Assembly (NCBI GenBank): GCA_052388135.1
Contig: JBQTIM010000090.1
Location: forward strand, 1 to 46,807
Direction: 5' to 3'
Length of the DNA stretch: 46,807 bases
Origin: Elusimicrobiota bacterium
GTDB taxonomy: Bacteria; Elusimicrobiota; Elusimicrobia; FEN-1173
Positions 42,165-46,807 of this stretch are shown piece after piece. The notes under the pieces are model-generated. The model ran no database searches. It saw only the letters and a program-made list of their open reading frames with translations, and was not told the DNA's origin. The number at the start of each line of letters is the position of its first letter. Position 1 is the first letter of the stretch. Made by a program: the position numbers and the translations under genes.

Positions 42165-42943
42165 CCGCGCCCGAGACCCGCGCGCCGGCCAAGGAGGGCG
42201 CCCCGCGGCTGTCGGTCAAGAACCTCCACAAGCGCTACGGCGCCTTGCACGCCTTGAAAAACCTGTCCTTCTCCGCCGGGGCGGGCGAAATCCTCGGCCT
42301 GCTGGGCCCCAACGGCGCGGGCAAGACCACGGCCATCCACATCCTTCTGGGCGTGCTGAAGCCCACGGAAGGGGAAGTGTCGGTCCTGGGCCTCTCGCCC
42401 TTCCGGACGCCGGAGGCGATTTATCCGCGCATCAATTTTTCCTCGGCTTACACCCAGCTTCCTTTCAACCTCAAGGCCCGCAAGAACCTCCTGCTCTTCG
42501 CGCGGCTTTACGGCGTGCCGCGCCCCGAGGAGAAGGTGGAGGAGCTCCTGCGCGATTTCGACGTGGAGGACCTGGCCGACAAAATGACCGGCTCCCTGTC
42601 CTCCGGCGAGCAGACGCGGCTCAACCTTTGCAAGAGCCTGCTGAACGACCCCGAAATCCTCTTCCTCGACGAGCCCACGGCCAGCCTGGACCCCGACATC
42701 GCCGACCGCGTGCAAAGCGCCCTCAAGGAGTTCCAGCGCCGCCGCGGAATCACCATCATCTACACGTCCCACAACATGGCCGAGGTGGAAAGCCTCTGCG
42801 ACCGCGTGCTGTTCATCCACCGCGGGCAGAAAGTCATCGAGGGAACGCCCGATCAGGTGCGCCGGCATTTCCAAAAGGAATCCTTGGAGAAAGTCTTCAT
42901 CCACCTGGCGCGCGGAGGGGAAGTGGTGGAGGTGGGGGAATAA
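42161..42943 (+). CDS. ABC transporter ATP-binding protein
   Basis: GPNGAGKT, LSSGE, LFLDEPT, SH. Confidence 0.95.
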   Translation: MTAPETRAPAKEGAPRLSVKNLHKRYGALHALKNLSFSAGAGEILGLLGPNGAGKTTAIHILLGVLKPTEGEVSVLGLSPFRTPEAIYPRINFSSAYTQLPFNLKARKNLLLFARLYGVPRPEEKVEELLRDFDVEDLADKMTGSLSSGEQTRLNLCKSLLNDPEILFLDEPTASLDPDIADRVQSALKEFQRRRGITIIYTSHNMAEVESLCDRVLFIHRGQKVIEGTPDQVRRHFQKESLEKVFIHLARGGEVVEVGE

Positions 42944-42985
42944 GATGATCTCGCTCTTGGTAGGTGAAGTGTTTTTCGATTCGGT

Positions 42986-43179
42986 TTTCGGGTCCCCCTG
43001 CGGCGCTTTGAGCACGCCATTTTTCCGGGGCGGGAGGCCCGACCCGATGGCCCCGATAGGCCGTTGAGGGGCCTAAGTGGAGGGCCGCCGGAAAAATGGC
43101 GCGCGGAAGCCGCCGGGGGTGTCTTTTTTCTTTCTCCATGCTTTCTTTTTGGACAAGCAAAAAGAAAGCATGGCCGGGT
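42986..43179. repeat. Structured repeat family B, copy 2
   Basis: Reverse-complement homolog of 19144-19338, with compensatory stem changes. Confidence 0.88.
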
Positions 43180-43233
43180 GCGGGCCGGGAAGGCCCGCGA
43201 CGTTGACTCCATCCAAAACAAAGTGATTAAGAA

Positions 43234-44037
43234 ATGATCGATTCTTCCTTCAACCGTATCTTAACCATGGTGGAGCGCTACGTGCGCATCCACATGAGGA
43301 ACGGCATCCGCTTGGTGGAGCTATTCTTCTGGCCGGTGATGGAACTCCTGGTCTGGGGGTTCATCGTCATGTTCCTTCAGAAAGAGGCGGTGCAGGGGCC
43401 GGCGAAGCTGGCGGTGTGGCTTTTGACGGGCATGTTCTTTTGGGACGTCCTGTTCCGCTCCCAGCAGGCGGTGGGCCTGGCTTTCATGGAGGAGCTCTGG
43501 TCGCGGAACGTGCTCAACCTCCTCATCTCCCCTTTGCGGGCCTGGGAGTGGGTCGTGTCCGCCTGCCTCTACGGGCTCATCAAGACGGCCGTCATCGCCG
43601 CGACGCTCTTCCTGCTGGCCTGGGCGCTCTACGCCTACAACCTGTCGGTGCTGGGGTTTTACCTCGCCCCCTTCCTCGCCAGCCTCCTGCTCATGGGCTG
43701 GGCTCTGGGTCTCTTCACCACGGGCCTGCTGTTGCGCTGGGGCCATTCCGCCGAGGCGTTGGTCTGGGCCGTGCCCTTTTTGATCCAGCCCTTTTCCGCC
43801 ATTTTCTACCCGCTCTCGGTTTACCCCGACTGGCTGGTTCCCTTTTGTCTGGCCCTGCCCAGCACCCATGTGCTGGAGGGCATGCGCGAAGCCGCCGCCT
43901 CGGGCGTCTTCCCCTGGACGCGCTTCGCCTGGTCCATGGGCCTCAACGTCCTCTACATGGCCGCGGGCGCCGGGTTCGCCCTGCGCATGCTCGAGCGCGG
44001 CCGCGAGTCCGGCCGGCTGGTGAGGATGACCGCGTGA
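43234..44037 (+). CDS. ABC-2 type permease
   Basis: Six TM helices; EELWSRNVLNLLISPL, IFYPLSVYPDWL, PSTHVLEGMR. Confidence 0.92.
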   Translation: MIDSSFNRILTMVERYVRIHMRNGIRLVELFFWPVMELLVWGFIVMFLQKEAVQGPAKLAVWLLTGMFFWDVLFRSQQAVGLAFMEELWSRNVLNLLISPLRAWEWVVSACLYGLIKTAVIAATLFLLAWALYAYNLSVLGFYLAPFLASLLLMGWALGLFTTGLLLRWGHSAEALVWAVPFLIQPFSAIFYPLSVYPDWLVPFCLALPSTHVLEGMREAAASGVFPWTRFAWSMGLNVLYMAAGAGFALRMLERGRESGRLVRMTA

Positions 44038-44047
44038 AGCGGCTCGC

Positions 44048-44076
44048 TTGACGGTCCGACGAGGGTGTAGTATAAG
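44048..44076 (+). promoter_or_regulatory. sigma70 promoter of rsmI-argC
   Basis: TTGACG-17bp-TATAAG. Confidence 0.65.
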
Positions 44077-44112
44077 GAATCTGAGCCGGCGTTTCCGGCG
44101 GGCGGCGCCGCT

Positions 44113-44814
44113 TTGACGTTATTCATCGTCTCCACACCCATCGGAAACCTGGAGGATCTGAGCCCCCGGGCGCGGAGAGTCCTGGCGGAGGCGGACGCCG
44201 TGGCCTGCGAGGACACCCGCCGCACGCTGACGCTCCTGACTTACTGCGGCCTGCGCAAGCCGCTCCTGCGGCACGACGCCGTGGTGGAGAGGCGGGAAGC
44301 GCCCCGCCTGGTGGAGAGGCTCCAACGGGGCGAGAAGATCGCTTTGGTGACGGACGCCGGCACGCCGGGAGTTTCGGACCCCGGTTTCCTCCTGGTGCGG
44401 GCCGCCCTGGACGCGGGCGTCGCGGTGGTCCCCATTCCCGGACCGTCGGCGGTTCTGGCGGCCCTGGCCGGATCGGGCCTGCCCATGGACCGGTTTTCGT
44501 TTCTGGGTTTTCTGCCCCGCCGGGCGGGGCGCATGAAGAGAGAGCTTGAGAAGGCCGGGGCGGAGCAGACCCTGGTCTTTTTTGAATCCCCCTTTCGGGT
44601 GAAGGAGACGCTGGCCGCGGCGCGGGAAGTCTTCGGCGACGTGCCGGCGGCGGTGGGCCGGGAATTGACCAAGATTCACGAGGAATTCATCCGCGGGCCC
44701 TTGAGCCTGGTGCTGGAGAATTTGTCCGCCCGGAAGGAAATCAAAGGCGAAGTGGCCGTGGTTCTGGCGCCGCAATTGAAGGCAACGAAGGATTCTGAAA
44801 GGCGTGAACAGTGA
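44113..44814 (+). CDS. rsmI: 16S rRNA C1402 2'-O-methyltransferase
   Basis: STPIGNLED, CEDTR, DAGTPGVSDPG, PGPSA, FESPFR, RELTKIHEE, KGE. Confidence 0.96.
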   Translation: MTLFIVSTPIGNLEDLSPRARRVLAEADAVACEDTRRTLTLLTYCGLRKPLLRHDAVVERREAPRLVERLQRGEKIALVTDAGTPGVSDPGFLLVRAALDAGVAVVPIPGPSAVLAALAGSGLPMDRFSFLGFLPRRAGRMKRELEKAGAEQTLVFFESPFRVKETLAAAREVFGDVPAAVGRELTKIHEEFIRGPLSLVLENLSARKEIKGEVAVVLAPQLKATKDSERREQ

Positions 44815-44902
44815 TGGCGAATAGGAAAGGCGACAGAGCATTCTCGGCGTGCCGTGTTCGGCCGTTCCGATTCACTATTCACGATTCACCATTCACGCCT
44901 TT
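44798..44902. repeat. Inverted heptamer-repeat element (family D), copy 1
   Basis: AAAGGCGTGAA...(ATTCACN)x4...TTCACGCCTTT. Confidence 0.75.
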
Positions 44903-44908
44903 ATCCTT

Positions 44909-45931
44909 ATGATCAACGTTTCCATCGTCGGCGCAACGGGCTACACGGGGGAGGAGCTGATCGAAATCCTCCTGCGGCACCCGCGCGTCCGCCTTGCCCA
45001 CGTCACCTCGGAAGGCTCCGCGGGGCAAAAAGTTTCCGACGTCCATCCGGAGTTTCGGGGCCGCTGCGATTTGGTTTTGGAAAAGTACGACGCCGCCCGC
45101 CTGGCGAAGGATTCGGACATCGGTTTCTTCGCGTTGCCCCACGGCGCGGCGGCGAAAGCCGTGGCCGATTTCCGGAAGCGCGGCAAGAAAGCCGTGGACC
45201 TGTCGGCGGATTTCAGGCTGGAAGACGAGGCCGTTTACCGGAAGTGGTATAAAACCGAGCACGCCGCCCCCGCCCTCTTGAAAAAGGCGGTTTACGGCCT
45301 GCCCGAGCTGTTCCGCGACGAGATCCGCGGAGCCGAGTTGGTGGCCAACCCCGGCTGCTACGCCACCACCTGCATCCTGGCGCTGGCGCCGCTCCTGCGG
45401 GCCGGGGCCGTGCGGCCCGATTCCATCGTCGTGGACGCCAAGTCCGGGGTCACCGGCGCGGGCAAGAAGCTGGCGGCGATGTACCATTATCCGGAAGTCT
45501 CGGAGAACTTTCAGGCCTACGCCGTGGCGGAGCACCGGCACATGCCGGAGGTGGAGCAGATCTTGTCCCGCGCCTCCGGCAAGAAAGTCCGCATGACCTT
45601 CGTGCCGCACCTCCTGCCCATGAACCGGGGCATCCTGGCGTCGGCCTACGGGACTCTCGCCAAAAAGCTGGACACGGCCGGCGCGCGGAAGATTTTCCAG
45701 CGGGCTTACGAGGGCGAGCGTTTCGTCCGGCTTCTGCCGGAGGGCGTCTGGCCCCAGACCCGGGCCGTGGCCCGCACCAATTTTTGCGACGTCAACGTGA
45801 AGGTGGATGAGCGGAACGGGCGCATCGTGGTTCTCGCGGCCCTGGACAACCTGGTCAAAGGCGCCGCGGGACAGGCGGTGCAGAACATGAACCTGCTCTT
45901 CGGCTTCGAGGAGAGCGAAGGGCTTCTGTAG
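44909..45931 (+). CDS. argC: N-acetyl-gamma-glutamyl-phosphate reductase
   Basis: GATGYTG, ALPHG, DLSADFR, YGLPE, ANPGCY, SGVTGAG, DNLVKGAAGQAVQNMN. Confidence 0.97.
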   Translation: MINVSIVGATGYTGEELIEILLRHPRVRLAHVTSEGSAGQKVSDVHPEFRGRCDLVLEKYDAARLAKDSDIGFFALPHGAAAKAVADFRKRGKKAVDLSADFRLEDEAVYRKWYKTEHAAPALLKKAVYGLPELFRDEIRGAELVANPGCYATTCILALAPLLRAGAVRPDSIVVDAKSGVTGAGKKLAAMYHYPEVSENFQAYAVAEHRHMPEVEQILSRASGKKVRMTFVPHLLPMNRGILASAYGTLAKKLDTAGARKIFQRAYEGERFVRLLPEGVWPQTRAVARTNFCDVNVKVDERNGRIVVLAALDNLVKGAAGQAVQNMNLLFGFEESEGLL

Positions 45932-45959
45932 GCCCTCAAAACACGGGACAGGAGAAATC

Positions 45960-46181
45960 ATGGGACTTCTGGGATTGATCAAAAAGTTTTTTTCGGCGGG
46001 AAAATCCGGTTCGGGCTCCGCGGGCGACAGGACGCTGCGCTGCATGCAGTGCCGGAACGATTTCGTTTTCGAGGCCGGCGAGCAGGAGTTCTACCGCCAG
46101 CGGGGTCTGTCAGAGCCCAAGCGCTGCCCCGACTGCCGGAAGCAAAACCGGTCCGGCCGCCGCGGCCGGCGCCGCCGCTGA
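45960..46181 (+). CDS. Zinc-ribbon protein (zf-trcl type, CxxC-x17-CxxC-associated family)
   Basis: DRTLRCMQC..DFVF.AGEQEFY..RGL.EPKRCPDCR; AGGAGA RBS. Confidence 0.88.
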   Translation: MGLLGLIKKFFSAGKSGSGSAGDRTLRCMQCRNDFVFEAGEQEFYRQRGLSEPKRCPDCRKQNRSGRRGRRRR

Positions 46182-46196
46182 TAAGAAAAATTCAAC

Positions 46197-46304
46197 GGCG
46201 TGAATCGTGAATAGTGAATAAGTGAATAGGAGAATCAAAATCATTTTTGGGGCCGGTGGGTTTTGGCGGTTTCCATTCACTATTCACGATTCACTTTTCA
46301 CGCC
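46197..46304. repeat. Inverted heptamer-repeat element (family D), copy 2
   Basis: GGCGTGAATCGTGAATAGTGAATAAGTGAATA ... CATTCACTATTCACGATTCACTTTTCACGCC. Confidence 0.85.
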
Positions 46305-46316
46305 TCTATAACAATC

Positions 46317-46807
46317 GTGACTTCCTTCCTCCTGCCCGCCGGTTTTTCCGCCTACGGCTTGCGCTGCGGCATTTCCAACAAACCGGGAAAGTTGGACCTG
46401 GCCTTGTTCTATTCCCACGGGCCGGCGGCGGCGGCGGGGGTTTTCACGCGCAACGAGGTGACGGCCGCTCCGGTCCGCTTGAGCCGCAAACACCTGCGCG
46501 CCTCGACGCGGGCGCGGGCCGTGCTGGTGAACTCGGGCTGCGCCAACGCGTGCACCGGTCCGCGCGGAGACGCCGACGCCCTGGCGTCGGTCCGGGCGGC
46601 GGCCGCGGGCCTGGGCGTCCCGGCGTCACAAGTTTTGCCGGCCTCCACGGGCGTCATCGGGCGGTTTCTTCCGCGGGAGGCTTTGGAAAAAGGCGTCCGC
46701 GAGATCTCGGTTTTGGCGCGGCGCGGCGCGCCCGGCAGCGCCCGCGACGCGGTGCGGGCCATCATGACCACGGACACCGTGGAGAAAACCGCCGCGACCA
46801 AATTTTC
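46317..46807 (+). CDS. argJ: Ornithine acetyltransferase ArgJ, 3'-truncated (not in the ORF track)
   Basis: Manual translation from GTG 46317: LPAGF..G..CGI..DLAL..AGVFTRN...AAPV, VNSGCANACTG, ASTGVIG, AIMTTDT. Confidence 0.93.
   Translation, partial: MTSFLLPAGFSAYGLRCGISNKPGKLDLALFYSHGPAAAAGVFTRNEVTAAPVRLSRKHLRASTRARAVLVNSGCANACTGPRGDADALASVRAAAAGLGVPASQVLPASTGVIGRFLPREALEKGVREISVLARRGAPGSARDAVRAIMTTDTVEKTAATKF

Noticed and set aside
46197-46304. Possible CRISPR array
   Set aside because: 7-bp tandem units in inverted arrangement, no unique spacers and no cas genes.

Overview
GC-rich bacterial chromosomal segment, mostly housekeeping. Gene content and protein style suggest Elusimicrobiota or a similar lineage, but that is an impression, not a phylogenetic result. 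Gene order: 3' part of a >1447-aa multidomain protein (degenerate glycoside-hydrolase barrel, fungal-type trehalose phosphorylase, TM helix, unknown C-terminal domain); secreted hypothetical; pepN-hyp-xseA-xseB; on the minus strand moxR-DUF58-hyp-batA-batB/C-batD-batE, acnA and a PuuD-like gene; phoH-7TM/HD-ybeY-CNNM(with an in-frame TAG)-CNNM-mgtE-recO-glyQ-glyS; a c-di-GMP-I-like riboswitch before a small membrane protein and a GT-C glycosyltransferase; groES-groEL with two CIRCE-like sites; CPBP protease; metF; SDR-hyp-FKBP-ABC pair; rsmI-argC-Zn-ribbon-argJ (truncated). No rRNA, tRNA, CRISPR array or transposase was seen. Four families of short palindromic or MITE-like repeats occupy the intergenic gaps. 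The most unusual observations are: (1) the giant protein carrying a fungal-type trehalose phosphorylase; (2) intra-operon gaps, often repeat-filled, that are bridged by mini-ORFs coupled at both ends to their neighbours; (3) a covarying ~195-bp structured element read in the same frame in both copies; (4) a variant GEMM-I riboswitch.
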